From: a virus
Length of the DNA: 62,567 bases
Virus record (IMG/VR): IMGVR_UViG_3300045988_155882
Strand: one strand, 5' to 3'
Both the position numbers and the translations under genes were made by a program. This document shows positions 18,055 through 28,690 of the stretch, in pieces; positions within the stretch are counted from its first letter, which is position 1; each line of letters opens with the position of its first letter. Below the pieces are notes generated by a model that worked only from the letters and a program-made list of their open reading frames with translations, had not been told where the DNA came from and did not search any database.

Positions 18055-18516
18055 TTACCATACAAATAGATTATAACTTATTCCTGCGCCTACGTACATG
18101 CCGCCCGGATACCCATACCCAGCCTGCAACCCTAATCCCCAACGCTTCTTCTTCGGTTTGATGGGAACCGGATGATAGATGTCATTTGTTACTGTCTGAT
18201 AAACAGTCTTCGGATACACAGTCATACTATCCAGTCGCGGGTCTACATATCCGCTCACCACCGCACGATACAGGCTATCTTCATACACAACCTTTCTGCG
18301 ATGAAGCAAGGTATCACCTATACGTACAGTGTCATTCGGCAATATCTGCCAAAAGGCCGCTATCGGTGCGGAGATAAGAACTGTATCAAGTTTGACAACC
18401 GTCTGTATCTTTGTTTCGGTACGTATTTCTGCCGGCAAAGGCTCGAGCCGGCGGAACCACGCCGCCACACAAGCGATGGCCAGCAATACAACTAATAGCC
18501 AGGGTAGTTTTTTCAT
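18055..18516 (-). CDS. membrane-anchored hypothetical protein (153 aa)
   Basis: ATG 18516 (MKKLPWLLVVLLAIACV...) overlaps the upstream stop as ATGA. Confidence 0.55.
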   Translation of the reverse strand: MKKLPWLLVVLLAIACVAAWFRRLEPLPAEIRTETKIQTVVKLDTVLISAPIAAFWQILPNDTVRIGDTLLHRRKVVYEDSLYRAVVSGYVDPRLDSMTVYPKTVYQTVTNDIYHPVPIKPKKKRWGLGLQAGYGYPGGMYVGAGISYNLFVW

Positions 18517-18764
18517 AACCTCAACAAATAATGATTTACAACCATACCCGCACATATCGCGACAGCTCCACACAGCAAGTCTATTTTGCTCCACTTGCCG
18601 TTATAGTAGTGGCAACGGTCGCTGTTCTCCTTGATAAAGAGCATCAGCAGTGCAGTGCTGCCACCGAATACTATGGCGGTGGATAGATAGACCACCGCAC
18701 CTAAGATGTTATTTTTCATACCATAAATAATTAGTAAAACACTATACCGTAGCTCCATTGGCAT
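18513..18764 (-). CDS. small membrane protein (83 aa)
   Basis: ORF track; two or three hydrophobic segments. Confidence 0.5.
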   Translation of the reverse strand: MPMELRYSVLLIIYGMKNNILGAVVYLSTAIVFGGSTALLMLFIKENSDRCHYYNGKWSKIDLLCGAVAICAGMVVNHYLLRL

Positions 18765-21261
18765 CTACCCATGAAGAACCGTTCCACCATATAGGTTTAC
18801 GCAGGGTCACATCAAAAAATTGAAAACCATTATCTGCATTGCCAGGACGTTGTGAAGTAACTCCTACATTTAAATATGGAATTGCGAGAAAATCAGTAAG
18901 CGGACTTTTTAAATTCCCACTCGTTGAGGCCAAGACTCCCTGATTGTAAAAGAAATGCGGGTATAAAGTTTTGTCCGGTATATCGTCCTTTACAGGTTTC
19001 CACAGCAATACCGATGTCTTCATGCTCGACCAGGTAGAATCATGTTCACCGATTAGCGCACAGTCTGAAAAATCCTGAAACGATAAGGTTTCAACGTCAT
19101 TAACCGAACTGAATCCAACAACAACTTCTTTTTTCCCGTTAGGTGACTCTCTGTATACCTCAAACCCATAGTTCTTACCTGGGTTTATATAGAAATATGG
19201 CGTTTTCTCTTTATCACTATCAGTAATATCTATATTAAGAACACGTTTGGCAATAGGTATATTTTCTCCACACAACAGATATATTGTATATTTATAACTT
19301 CCATTTTCCCTATTATTAATAATATTACCGATATTCCTTAATTCAATATTTCCTTTGTTAAAAGCGTCCATAACATACTGGCGCATTCCTAATGAAGTCG
19401 TTCTCTTATAATTATAATAACAGGCTTTGTACCGATTTGTATCAACCAATGTCCCCCCTATTCTACAGTTGAGAAACACGCAATTCATATCCACAATATC
19501 AGTATTGTTCAAAAATTCAGGCATTGTCATATCTCCGGCTTTATCCCATAGCCCTCTAAAATAACAACCAATATATGTTACGCCTTGATTTTCACTTAAT
19601 ATCCTGCTATTCATATAAAAATAGCAGCCTATAAAGTTGGCTTGAATGAGACCTCCACTACCTTCAATTGTAACTCCGCTGATTTCCCAGTGACAGCCGG
19701 TAAAATTAGCTTTGATTTTTTGAGTTAATGTTATATTGCTTTGAATGCAATTAATGAAGTTAGTATACAGTCCTTCTCTGAATGTACCTAACTTATAATC
19801 AAAAGTCTTTTTTTCATTATACCCTCTGAATTCATTTACCGAGTTAAATATCCAAGCATCTCCCGCTAATCCCTGTCCCTCATTCATTTTGGATATAGTA
19901 CCATCCCTTAACACCACATTTATAGCATCAAGCCGGTATGTTACATCTGAATAGGTGTCCTCCCATGAATAATAAATGACATTATGCCAACGCATAACAT
20001 CAATATATCTATCAGCCAATGCCAGTATATAAGGAGCCCGCCTTATGCTAATATTGTCCAAACGTACAGGAGCCCCACTGATTATGACAGGAATTTGCCA
20101 ATTACGGTATTTCGTATCGCTGCCTTTAGACATGATAAATCCTTCTTTGATTGAAAGCCCGATAGAAGAGTATGCCGATCTCCAATCATTTATTCCATCA
20201 TTCATGTTTATGACAATATGGAAATCTATGAAAGAAGACATATTCATGTCAATCGACAATTCATTCAAAATCTTTGCATCTATGTCTTTGGTAAACAGAT
20301 AAGTCTTCTTATTGGAACATCTTATACTGCGACATATCCGCACGATTGCATTAAATGCATCAGAGCTGTCTGTTTTACCGTCGTTGGACGCGCCAAACCA
20401 TTCCGGCATTAAGTATTTGTTTTCTACATCCCCTTTGATATTCAACGCATTTAAAAAACGCCCCCCATTAAATTTTAGAATACACCCTTCAGGAATGCTT
20501 ATCTCAGCGCCATCCAAATCAAAATCATACCTGATTTCATATATAGTATCAGGCTGATTTATCATTTCCTGGGTAAGTATATTTTTACCGTCTATAATAT
20601 TCCTACGCAATATCTTATACCCCTTGCCGCTGAATCTGTCAGGACTAAAAGGGCGGTCTGCAAATTTTAAAACACTTAAGTTTTCCCCTTTGTCTACAGA
20701 TACAAGGTCTTCGTCATCCGCAATATTGTTTATTGTACCTCCACCACTTGCATTAATAAACTGCTTGGTTGATTCGGACAGCATATCAGGAGTAACACGC
20801 TGGGAACTGAAATTTGAAATTGCATCACTTTCCGCATCCTTTATTTTGTCAATGGCTTCGTCTCGGATACTTGCAAGCTTGCCCTCGTTTGATTTCCAGT
20901 TCTCGATATTTTCAAATGCTCCACCTGCAAATTCCCATGTCTCCACAAGTCCGCTATTGTTCAAGAATGACACCTTTAGACCGGCTGTTCTTATATCTTC
21001 CGGAACTTGAACAATAGCACCTTCTAATGTATATCTATTACTGCCATCAATCCCGAATGAAGGATGATGAATGGAAACATTATACTCGGTTATATAGCTC
21101 ATATATCCACCTTTTCCGGAACTAATAAAACTCTTTAGGACGTTAGGGGTGATAGAACCGTTTTCTCTGTCTTCTTGAAATGGAAACTGCTCATTACCCG
21201 TCAAAACGTCTCTTTTGGGGAGTTGTCCAATTTGTTGTCCTTTTTCTATTTTCTCTTCCAT
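18742..21261 (-). CDS. tailspike / polysaccharide depolymerase-like protein (839 aa)
   Basis: Size; MPEWFGASNDGKTDSSDAFNAIV (pectate-lyase-like beta-helix start); repetitive beta-rich body. Confidence 0.6.
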   Translation of the reverse strand: MEEKIEKGQQIGQLPKRDVLTGNEQFPFQEDRENGSITPNVLKSFISSGKGGYMSYITEYNVSIHHPSFGIDGSNRYTLEGAIVQVPEDIRTAGLKVSFLNNSGLVETWEFAGGAFENIENWKSNEGKLASIRDEAIDKIKDAESDAISNFSSQRVTPDMLSESTKQFINASGGGTINNIADDEDLVSVDKGENLSVLKFADRPFSPDRFSGKGYKILRRNIIDGKNILTQEMINQPDTIYEIRYDFDLDGAEISIPEGCILKFNGGRFLNALNIKGDVENKYLMPEWFGASNDGKTDSSDAFNAIVRICRSIRCSNKKTYLFTKDIDAKILNELSIDMNMSSFIDFHIVINMNDGINDWRSAYSSIGLSIKEGFIMSKGSDTKYRNWQIPVIISGAPVRLDNISIRRAPYILALADRYIDVMRWHNVIYYSWEDTYSDVTYRLDAINVVLRDGTISKMNEGQGLAGDAWIFNSVNEFRGYNEKKTFDYKLGTFREGLYTNFINCIQSNITLTQKIKANFTGCHWEISGVTIEGSGGLIQANFIGCYFYMNSRILSENQGVTYIGCYFRGLWDKAGDMTMPEFLNNTDIVDMNCVFLNCRIGGTLVDTNRYKACYYNYKRTTSLGMRQYVMDAFNKGNIELRNIGNIINNRENGSYKYTIYLLCGENIPIAKRVLNIDITDSDKEKTPYFYINPGKNYGFEVYRESPNGKKEVVVGFSSVNDVETLSFQDFSDCALIGEHDSTWSSMKTSVLLWKPVKDDIPDKTLYPHFFYNQGVLASTSGNLKSPLTDFLAIPYLNVGVTSQRPGNADNGFQFFDVTLRKPIWWNGSSWVDANGATV

Positions 21262-21265
21262 ACTA

Positions 21266-21466
21266 CTATTTATTTTTACTTGTAAGCAATATCGGCTCTT
21301 CGTTAGTCAACAACAATGGAGCGTCATTGGCTAATAATAAATACCCTTCATCAGGAAATGGATGCGGCTTATTTCCGCCAGCACCGGGAAACCCTATGGT
21401 AAGTATGCTGATTACGGGAATGCCGATTATAGGAATGCTGATGTGAGGGATAATGATTGGTTTCAT
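21266..21466 (-). CDS. hypothetical protein (66 aa)
   Basis: ORF track. Confidence 0.45.
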   Translation of the reverse strand: MKPIIIPHISIPIIGIPVISILTIGFPGAGGNKPHPFPDEGYLLLANDAPLLLTNEEPILLTSKNK

Positions 21467-21469
21467 AGG

Positions 21470-21760
21470 CTATCCCTCTTTAATCATTTTGGCTTCTGAC
21501 ACTTTCGTAGCACTTCTTATTGTAATTTCCATACCTGCCGCTATGCCAATAAGACGAAATATCACATTGGAAGGACCTAAGGCTTGATTGGCATTTGGGG
21601 AAAGCGGGATAGGATTCATGCCCTCGATATTGGCAAATACAGTCACCATTCCGCCCTTGTTCTTTATCTGTATGGTAACGGGATTACCGTCACTGACAAA
21701 CGTTGCGTAATACGCTGTTTTGCCTTCTTCTTTTTGAAATGATAAAACTTCTGCTGCCAT
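21470..21760 (-). CDS. hypothetical protein (96 aa)
   Basis: ORF track. Confidence 0.5.
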   Translation of the reverse strand: MAAEVLSFQKEEGKTAYYATFVSDGNPVTIQIKNKGGMVTVFANIEGMNPIPLSPNANQALGPSNVIFRLIGIAAGMEITIRSATKVSEAKMIKEG

Positions 21761-21765
21761 GATGT

Positions 21766-22353
21766 TTACTTTTTAGAGTTATTCAAATAGTTCACAATTC
21801 CCTGCACATGCAAGTCCACTATTGCCCGTTTGCCCTCTTCCGATAATAGGAAATCAACATCTTCCTTATTGTCTTGGAATAGGTTCTCTGTAAGGACTGC
21901 CGGGCACTTCGTGTGCTTCAGGATATAAAACCCGCTTTCCTTATCAGCATCACCGTCTGACATATCCTTGCGTATCTTCATGTCCGGCAAAAGTCGTTCG
22001 GCAGCCGCATATAAGCTATCAGCTAATTTATCGGCTTTCGTCTGACCTGCCGAAGTCCACGCTTCCCAACCACGTGCCTGCATCCATTCAGAGCCGCTTC
22101 CCGCTGCATTACAGTGGATAGATACGAGGATTGTGTCATTTGCCTTGTATTCGTTCGCCCTACGGCAACGCTCCGATAGAGGAACGTCTATTTCCTCTTT
22201 GACGATACGTTCTGCGTCAATGTCTTTCTTTCGCAGCTCCGCTTCCAATCGTATGGCAATCTCACGGGCATACGCATACTCTTTCAATCTTCCGTCCGGT
22301 GAACACTTGCCTGGAGTATTGCTTCCGTGTCCGTTGTCAATCAATATTTTCAT
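21766..22353 (-). CDS. N-acetylmuramoyl-L-alanine amidase (endolysin)
   Basis: MKILIDNGHGSNTPGK ... VSIHCNAAGSG ... Amidase_3-like motifs; start moved to ATG 22353. Confidence 0.75.
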   Translation of the reverse strand: MKILIDNGHGSNTPGKCSPDGRLKEYAYAREIAIRLEAELRKKDIDAERIVKEEIDVPLSERCRRANEYKANDTILVSIHCNAAGSGSEWMQARGWEAWTSAGQTKADKLADSLYAAAERLLPDMKIRKDMSDGDADKESGFYILKHTKCPAVLTENLFQDNKEDVDFLLSEEGKRAIVDLHVQGIVNYLNNSKK

Positions 22354-22534
22354 TCTGCGCGTCCTCCTTGAAATATTTGTCATAAACCACACGAGCCACC
22401 CATCCGGCAACAACACCGACACCGAATGATGCAACAGTAGTCAAGTTCACCCAAAACGGTGTGTAGTGCATGTAAAGCATAACTCCCACGATGATAGCGA
22501 TAACAATCGCTGCGATAATCAGTTTCTTTTTCAT
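22337..22534 (-). CDS. small membrane protein (65 aa), lysis-cassette component
   Basis: Two hydrophobic helices; lies between holin-like and amidase genes. Confidence 0.5.
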   Translation of the reverse strand: MKKKLIIAAIVIAIIVGVMLYMHYTPFWVNLTTVASFGVGVVAGWVARVVYDKYFKEDAQNENID

Positions 22535-22538
22535 TTTG

Positions 22539-23015
22539 TTACTCCTTATCTTTAGTTATTATTTCACTCATATCTTCTTTCTCGACATCGAGCACTTTCT
22601 TTTCGAACAATCCCAACGCTTTCAGCAAGTTAAAATTATATCCCTTTGGCTTCAAGATATTGCTTATGATAGAGCAGAACTCTATGAAGCAGACAAACAA
22701 GCATGAATACACATCAATATTCCATTTATTGCCGGAAGCAATATTTATCATCACCACCATACAAACAAAGGCAAAGTATGTCACCATTTTACCCATAGTA
22801 CGGCGCACAGCACTTGAAAACCGAAATTCTTCACCCAATAGCAGGCATTTCCTTATCCCGAACATCAAATCGCATACAACGACTGAAAATGTTACTATCA
22901 GCCACGGTATCATGTGTTCCAATGACTGTGCAATAAAACTGCTTGCTATTACCGAGAAACCACCCGGTATGCTTTGGGTAATAATGTTATTCTTCATCTT
23001 ATCGTTATTTGTCAA
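22539..23015 (-). CDS. holin-like membrane protein (158 aa)
   Basis: Multiple TM segments, immediately upstream of the amidase. Confidence 0.55.
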   Translation of the reverse strand: MTNNDKMKNNIITQSIPGGFSVIASSFIAQSLEHMIPWLIVTFSVVVCDLMFGIRKCLLLGEEFRFSSAVRRTMGKMVTYFAFVCMVVMINIASGNKWNIDVYSCLFVCFIEFCSIISNILKPKGYNFNLLKALGLFEKKVLDVEKEDMSEIITKDKE

Positions 23016-23094
23016 TTATTCATATCTTTGTGTCTCTTATCAAATAAGCGAACTACTGTCATTCCGTTTTGCTCGTGAGAGTAGGACGGGATTT

Positions 23095-23544
23095 TCATAT
23101 CTTACCGTAATAGCGGAACCATGCACCCCATTTACGTTCTTTCAGATAGTTCGGATTATCCTGGTTGAGTTTGGCTTCCATCTCAAATGCGCTCGCACGG
23201 TAAGCGTTTTTATTGACCTCTCCGTCCCCAATCTTGTTGTCTGTGAACAAGTGATACACGAAGCTCACAAACCATTCTGTCAGATACAAAATGTAGTAGA
23301 ATAGCGGGATAAGTAACAACCACCATGCACTGACATGGAATGACAATAATACGGATGGGATAGCCACTATCTCCATACACTCGAAGAACTGTTTCTGATG
23401 TGTCCGTTCATGGCGTATGGTTGCTTCGGACAACTCTTCCAGCTTCGTAAGGATGAAGCCGAAGAGCATGATTGTTGTGTAGCCGCCAAAGAGGATAAGT
23501 TTGGCAAACCAGTTTTCATAAAATACTTTTACTCTCATAATCAA
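23095..23544 (-). CDS. membrane protein with HExxH motif (HERTH)
   Basis: ORF track; TM segments flank IRHERTHQKQ. Confidence 0.5.
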   Translation of the reverse strand: MIMRVKVFYENWFAKLILFGGYTTIMLFGFILTKLEELSEATIRHERTHQKQFFECMEIVAIPSVLLSFHVSAWWLLLIPLFYYILYLTEWFVSFVYHLFTDNKIGDGEVNKNAYRASAFEMEAKLNQDNPNYLKERKWGAWFRYYGKI

Positions 23545-23568
23545 ATAAGTTTAATTCAATTCTTATAA

Positions 23569-24024
23569 TTACTTTCTTATATAATTATAGCTGTATAATT
23601 TACCATCAATTTTAAATTCAGTAAGCATCGTTGGAGCGCTCGTTTCGTTGGCAATATAACGAGGAGCACACATACCTAATAGAACAGCATAATTACCGTA
23701 ATTCGTGATAAAACCGTAAACATCAGGAGTTACTCGCTCATTAAGAGGACAAACTTTAAAACCGCTATCTATTCCAACTAATACAATTCTATATTCAAAA
23801 CTTTCTATATATTTTGAAAAATATAGGGCTACTTGACGATATTGCGGGTCTCCAAAATAAGGCAACTCTATGTATTGCTGAAGAGTAATGGGGGTTAAAT
23901 TATTCTCACCAACACAAGGATAAGGATAGCCAGCATAAAAAATGGCATTGCCGATATTAAGCAAATCAATATTTTTATTTCCAACAGCAAGATTACTAAT
24001 AGATGTAGCTCCAATTTTAACCAT
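23569..24024 (-). CDS. hypothetical tail-fibre-associated protein (151 aa)
   Basis: ORF track; position after the fibre gene. Confidence 0.5.
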   Translation of the reverse strand: MVKIGATSISNLAVGNKNIDLLNIGNAIFYAGYPYPCVGENNLTPITLQQYIELPYFGDPQYRQVALYFSKYIESFEYRIVLVGIDSGFKVCPLNERVTPDVYGFITNYGNYAVLLGMCAPRYIANETSAPTMLTEFKIDGKLYSYNYIRK

Positions 24025-24089
24025 ATCTAACTATCTCCATTTTTTAATATCAGGGTTTATATTTCCGCTCTAAATTCTTATCTCTCATA

Positions 24090-25091
24090 TCAAGCATCTG
24101 TTATAACATACATTGTTCCTTCATCCTTAGAACCAATAACATCGTACTCGGCAGCGGTTTTCTTGGTGACGGTGGTGAGGTTGTCGGAAACGAGTATATC
24201 TTCTATAGAAGCAACACAGTCTTCATCATTGGGCATTAGTTTAAATCCCATACGCTTGGAAACAGGACCGTTATTAGTATAATAACTGATATTGCATTGC
24301 AAGTTATATTCTTCAGTTTTAGGGTGGTGAAAAGAGTAAATGCTACTAAGTTCAATACAATTATCTTTGCTATTATAACTGTGAAAATAATACTTGGTGT
24401 GGTTCGCTATAATATCCTGGATTATTTCTTTCAGATTATCAACCGAACCAAAGATGGTGTTTATAAGGTCTATTGCTTCCCTGTCTCTTTCGTTTTTATT
24501 GGTAACAAGATAAGTGCCCACAGAAACGTTAATAACCTTACCATAATTGATATTATCCGCATACTTCTTCGTTGCAGGCTGATAGTCCGAGGTTGGGGTG
24601 AAACTTTCACTGTTGGTTTTGGTGAGGACGTCGGATTTTTCAGGAACTTCCGCCCAATTCCCATTCTTACGACCGTATGCCTTTCCATCAGTTGGCGCTT
24701 CTTCTATGCCGCCTATCTTCCCCTGACTTACCCATTCGCCGTTCACCCACGCGTAGTAATCATAAGGGGCTTCCGTACCTACAGCCATGAACCCGTCAAC
24801 TGCCGAACCATCGGGAACAGCAGATTTCAAGGCTTCAAGGGTGGCGTATTCGCCGGCTACCTTAAATGACTTCCCAGGTTCTCCTTGTATACCTGGCTCG
24901 CCTTGTTCTCCTTTCAAAAATTCTAAAGGATAATTGACCACAGAAGCTTCACTGTTGCTTCCTGAAGGTTTAAATGCAGGCAATGATGTTACATCATCCG
25001 CTTTGTCCGCATTCGGTACTTCATTAACCCCTATAGAACTAGCCATAAGGCGGGCAACTATTTCTTGATAATCCTGTTCTGTCCAAGCCAT
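24090..25091 (-). CDS. tail fibre protein with short collagen-like repeat
   Basis: GEQGEPGIQGEPGKS G-X-Y run; position in the tail module. Confidence 0.6.
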   Translation of the reverse strand: MAWTEQDYQEIVARLMASSIGVNEVPNADKADDVTSLPAFKPSGSNSEASVVNYPLEFLKGEQGEPGIQGEPGKSFKVAGEYATLEALKSAVPDGSAVDGFMAVGTEAPYDYYAWVNGEWVSQGKIGGIEEAPTDGKAYGRKNGNWAEVPEKSDVLTKTNSESFTPTSDYQPATKKYADNINYGKVINVSVGTYLVTNKNERDREAIDLINTIFGSVDNLKEIIQDIIANHTKYYFHSYNSKDNCIELSSIYSFHHPKTEEYNLQCNISYYTNNGPVSKRMGFKLMPNDEDCVASIEDILVSDNLTTVTKKTAAEYDVIGSKDEGTMYVITDA

Positions 25092-25093
25092 AA

Positions 25094-25390
25094 TTATTCC
25101 TGTTTATCGGTTGCTTCTTCCGGTTGATTGTTGATAGCACGATTGAGCGCGTCAATGAAGAAAGGTTTGCAAAAAGCATTTGCATGCTCTTGTATCAAGG
25201 ATACTTCTTCATCGGTATACTCTGTCTCTTCATTGGAGTTGTATATCTTCAAAGCGAGTGCATGCGATGCGATACCGTTACCGTTCCGGTATAATACATT
25301 CGCAAAATTCTCTCTACAATCTATATTTTCACAATGCTTACGGGTAATGTCCGTAGCAATCAGTAATTGTTTAAAATTTATCTTTTTCAT
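25094..25390 (-). CDS. hypothetical protein (98 aa)
   Basis: ORF track. Confidence 0.5.
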   Translation of the reverse strand: MKKINFKQLLIATDITRKHCENIDCRENFANVLYRNGNGIASHALALKIYNSNEETEYTDEEVSLIQEHANAFCKPFFIDALNRAINNQPEEATDKQE

Positions 25391-25404
25391 AACTTTTGCG
25401 TTTA

Positions 25405-27681
25405 TTAATTTGCTGGATACGATTTGGTCCTAATACTGTCTTTATAGAAGAAAAGGCCCGCTCTAGGTTCTAAATTGCAGAAATAATTATGTCCTCCCAT
25501 ATTTACCGATATTGACATGTTTCCACCCGATAACCTTACGTCAGAAATTTCTTCGTCTCCATGATATGTATGTAACCTAATTTTGGGATAGTAATTATTC
25601 GAACCTCCCCATTCTTCAACCATAAAATTAATACTTCCCACTTCCTTACCGTTTTGATTATACATCCGAATAGAATTAGTATTTGGGTCTATTTCTATTT
25701 TTGTGCCTGACGAAGCAGTTGACATTTTGCCAACAATGCTAACATTCCCATTTTCGTCTATCACCAAAGAGTTGTTAGGAGTTCTTACATTTTTAAACAC
25801 CCCGCTGTTTGCATTTATCTCTCCTTCAAAATATCCACCAATAGCCTTTATTGTCCCGTCTGCCTGAATAGACACATTCCCGTTGGCGGATATATCTCCG
25901 GTAAAGTATATGTTTTTGGAAACCACGGAAATGTTATCAAGTGCCACATTGATTTCTGAACCTAATCCGTCCTTTTTGACATATAATTTAAGTTCATCGG
26001 TAACTCCATTGATGTCCAGCCCCAACTGCGTTACATCTTCCTCTATTTTTGTGACAGACAATTTGAGGTTTTCCGCTGTCTGCTCAATCTGTGAGAACCT
26101 TTGATTGTTACTTTCTGAGAGTTCCTTTACTTCCAACCTGATACTTTCCGCTGTCTGCTCTATTTCGGAACTCAATTTTGTATATAAATCTTCGAATGCG
26201 TTTTCGGTAAGAGCCAGCGAATGTATGTATATATCCCCCGTAAACTTCAACTCAAAATCGCCCGTTCCGTCCCATGTGCCGGAATACTCTTTCATTGCGT
26301 ATTCCTCACTCGGTTCAAGACGTTCGGTGAAATGCAGGTTCTGACCGGGAAATCCTATTGTCAGCGTTCCGGCTGTAGCTACCCTGTACCGGAAAGAGAT
26401 AAAGAACTTCTTCGGTTCTTCCCCTTCCTCATAGGTAGGCTTATTGGCTAAATCAGCATTTGACTGTTTAATTCCGGAAGAAAGGATACGAAGCACGTTT
26501 CTATCCCCGTCTCTGATAATGGCAACCATAGCGTCCTTACGGGAATAGAACTCCCCATTCACTAATAAGAACTTTCCGTTCACGGTGAAGAAATGAACAT
26601 CGTTCTTTGCCTCCCAACCGTTCGTATTGCTTGCAAATGCCGCATTGTACAGATAATTATCCTTTGCCTGTACCTCGTCAAGCACTTTGGAGATTTCAGA
26701 GTAAATCAAGTCTTCCAATATCTTGAACTGGGTAAGGATATTCACACCCGTTTTCAGGATAAAGTCACCAGTAACTTTATTTCCATTAGGACTGAAAGCT
26801 GTCACTTCTTTACCAGCCAAAGAATAAGAATCAATCCCTGCATACTGACGGAAGCTCGGAGTATCATTCCCGTATGCTGCCAATACGATGGCGTTCTGTC
26901 TGGTCTTATCCGTCCGGTTACCTAACTGTACAATGTCATCGCCTGCTTGTGGTACGGCAGACCCCGTGTCACAGTCGCTCTTCGAAAGGTCTATGTAATT
27001 GTCACCTACGCTTGTCACCAGCCGCCAATAGTAGGTATTAGAGACATTCTCATGTACGCCTGGCTTGATGTTGAATGTCTGGCTGCGGGCTTGGTCTCCT
27101 ATTACAAATTCCTGAACAATGGTCTTTTCCCCGTCTGTGTTCTCGAAGTAACAGCGGTAAAAGGTATCGTATTCCTCTACCTTAGAACATGACATGGATG
27201 CGGGAGAAAGTATTATCTGACCGCCAACCTGGCGTAATCGCTGTATCAGCAACTCAATAAACGTGGCACTTTTGCGTGCCAACATATGGTCTACTTCCAA
27301 ATAGCTGTCTCCCGTCTTGCTGTCTACTTTAATAACAAAGCCTTCACCGAGAGCACCGGAAGAAAAGTTCATGGACTGGATGTAGTCTGAAAACAATCCA
27401 CCTAAGAACTTTATTAAAAATCCAGCTTCGTCCGGTCTGTCTTTTCTTATAAAGAACTTAGATAAAGCCTCTATATCAAGAGCCTTAAAGTAGACAATTC
27501 GGTCGGCGGAAGTCCTGATGAACAGTGCTGGGTCGGCATCTGCGACGCATATATATATTTCCCCGAGATTCAGACCTTGTAAATGCTCTTCATCACTCGG
27601 AGATAAAGCAGGGGGAGCTGCCTGATTGTTTTCATTAAGAGCATCACCAAACCATAATATTTTACTAAGCCTTTTTTTCAT
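25405..27681 (-). CDS. tail fibre / host-specificity protein (758 aa)
   Basis: Size and position downstream of baseplate-like genes. Confidence 0.6.
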   Translation of the reverse strand: MKKRLSKILWFGDALNENNQAAPPALSPSDEEHLQGLNLGEIYICVADADPALFIRTSADRIVYFKALDIEALSKFFIRKDRPDEAGFLIKFLGGLFSDYIQSMNFSSGALGEGFVIKVDSKTGDSYLEVDHMLARKSATFIELLIQRLRQVGGQIILSPASMSCSKVEEYDTFYRCYFENTDGEKTIVQEFVIGDQARSQTFNIKPGVHENVSNTYYWRLVTSVGDNYIDLSKSDCDTGSAVPQAGDDIVQLGNRTDKTRQNAIVLAAYGNDTPSFRQYAGIDSYSLAGKEVTAFSPNGNKVTGDFILKTGVNILTQFKILEDLIYSEISKVLDEVQAKDNYLYNAAFASNTNGWEAKNDVHFFTVNGKFLLVNGEFYSRKDAMVAIIRDGDRNVLRILSSGIKQSNADLANKPTYEEGEEPKKFFISFRYRVATAGTLTIGFPGQNLHFTERLEPSEEYAMKEYSGTWDGTGDFELKFTGDIYIHSLALTENAFEDLYTKLSSEIEQTAESIRLEVKELSESNNQRFSQIEQTAENLKLSVTKIEEDVTQLGLDINGVTDELKLYVKKDGLGSEINVALDNISVVSKNIYFTGDISANGNVSIQADGTIKAIGGYFEGEINANSGVFKNVRTPNNSLVIDENGNVSIVGKMSTASSGTKIEIDPNTNSIRMYNQNGKEVGSINFMVEEWGGSNNYYPKIRLHTYHGDEEISDVRLSGGNMSISVNMGGHNYFCNLEPRAGLFFYKDSIRTKSYPAN

Positions 27682-28556
27682 ACCTCAACCTTATCAACAT
27701 TAGTAAATGCAGCTTTTTCTGCGCTGAATTGCAACATCTCTCCATCTTTGGCGTGGTCTATCAGGAATGCAGGGAAAGAGGCGGAAGAACCAGCTTCAGG
27801 AGAGCCGCCAATACCTGCAATATCGTTATTCTGCAATTCAAGAGCCATATTTATATGGAACAGCTGGCTATCTTCAATAACTTGCGTCATTTCCGGAACA
27901 GAACTTTCCGAACGGACATATCTTGTCCCGTCAATTTCCACCATAGAAAGGCATAAAATACGGTTTATGTGTTTTGCAAACCAATAAGGGACGCCGCTTG
28001 AATTTCCTATCGTAAGATTATACCCATCATAAGGTACTGCGTATAATTCTTCTATCTCTTGCATTTGGTTGCGATATTGCTCATTATCTATTCGAGGGGA
28101 ATATCCTCCAGGTTTAAATCCTGCTTCCACACGAAAATTAAATACTTGCTGAATATCATCTACCCAAAATATGTTATCAAAAGCGGAGTTATTGCTTTTA
28201 TGGGAATAACGGATAAGTACAGTTTCCTCTAACAAGTCGTCAGAGGAGCATACAATAAAAGGTTCTGATGTATATTCGTTGATTGTAACCGTATATACGG
28301 CATCCTCCAAGTCTCGAAGAATGGCGTAATACATCACTACATTGTCATTATGATTATATGTGGAAAGTGATATTGGTGTAGAATTTCCTGCGGCAAGATT
28401 GTTCAGGCTCGCTGAAACTTCCTCAGAAGCATTAGTGAATACCTGTATATGGATTTTATCAGAAGCGTGGAACTTCTGAATATAGTCCATATCAAGCCCA
28501 AACTTATCTTTTACAGGTGAGAAAAAAAGAGGGCAAACATCACCAACTTTTACCAT
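27678..28556 (-). CDS. tail/baseplate component (292 aa)
   Basis: Start moved to ATG 28556 because the 28592 ATG lies inside the promoter-proximal leader hairpin. Confidence 0.55.
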   Translation of the reverse strand: MVKVGDVCPLFFSPVKDKFGLDMDYIQKFHASDKIHIQVFTNASEEVSASLNNLAAGNSTPISLSTYNHNDNVVMYYAILRDLEDAVYTVTINEYTSEPFIVCSSDDLLEETVLIRYSHKSNNSAFDNIFWVDDIQQVFNFRVEAGFKPGGYSPRIDNEQYRNQMQEIEELYAVPYDGYNLTIGNSSGVPYWFAKHINRILCLSMVEIDGTRYVRSESSVPEMTQVIEDSQLFHINMALELQNNDIAGIGGSPEAGSSASFPAFLIDHAKDGEMLQFSAEKAAFTNVDKVEV

Positions 28557-28580
28557 GTCTTTTCGTCCTTTTATAGTGAC

Positions 28581-28610
28581 GTGCAACTTCACACATCATG
28601 CGCAAATATA
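28581..28610 (-). promoter_or_regulatory. Late promoter (-7 box at 28603-28610) plus conserved leader hairpin (28581-28594)
   Basis: Minus strand TATATTTG with TTTG 20 nt upstream; leader GTGTGAAGTTGCAC shared with three other sites. Confidence 0.5.
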
Positions 28611-28690
28611 CATACTATTTAGACCAATTCCAAATAATACCTTATAAAATAACGAGTGCCTGATAGACTTATATGGAATCTCCTCATCTA

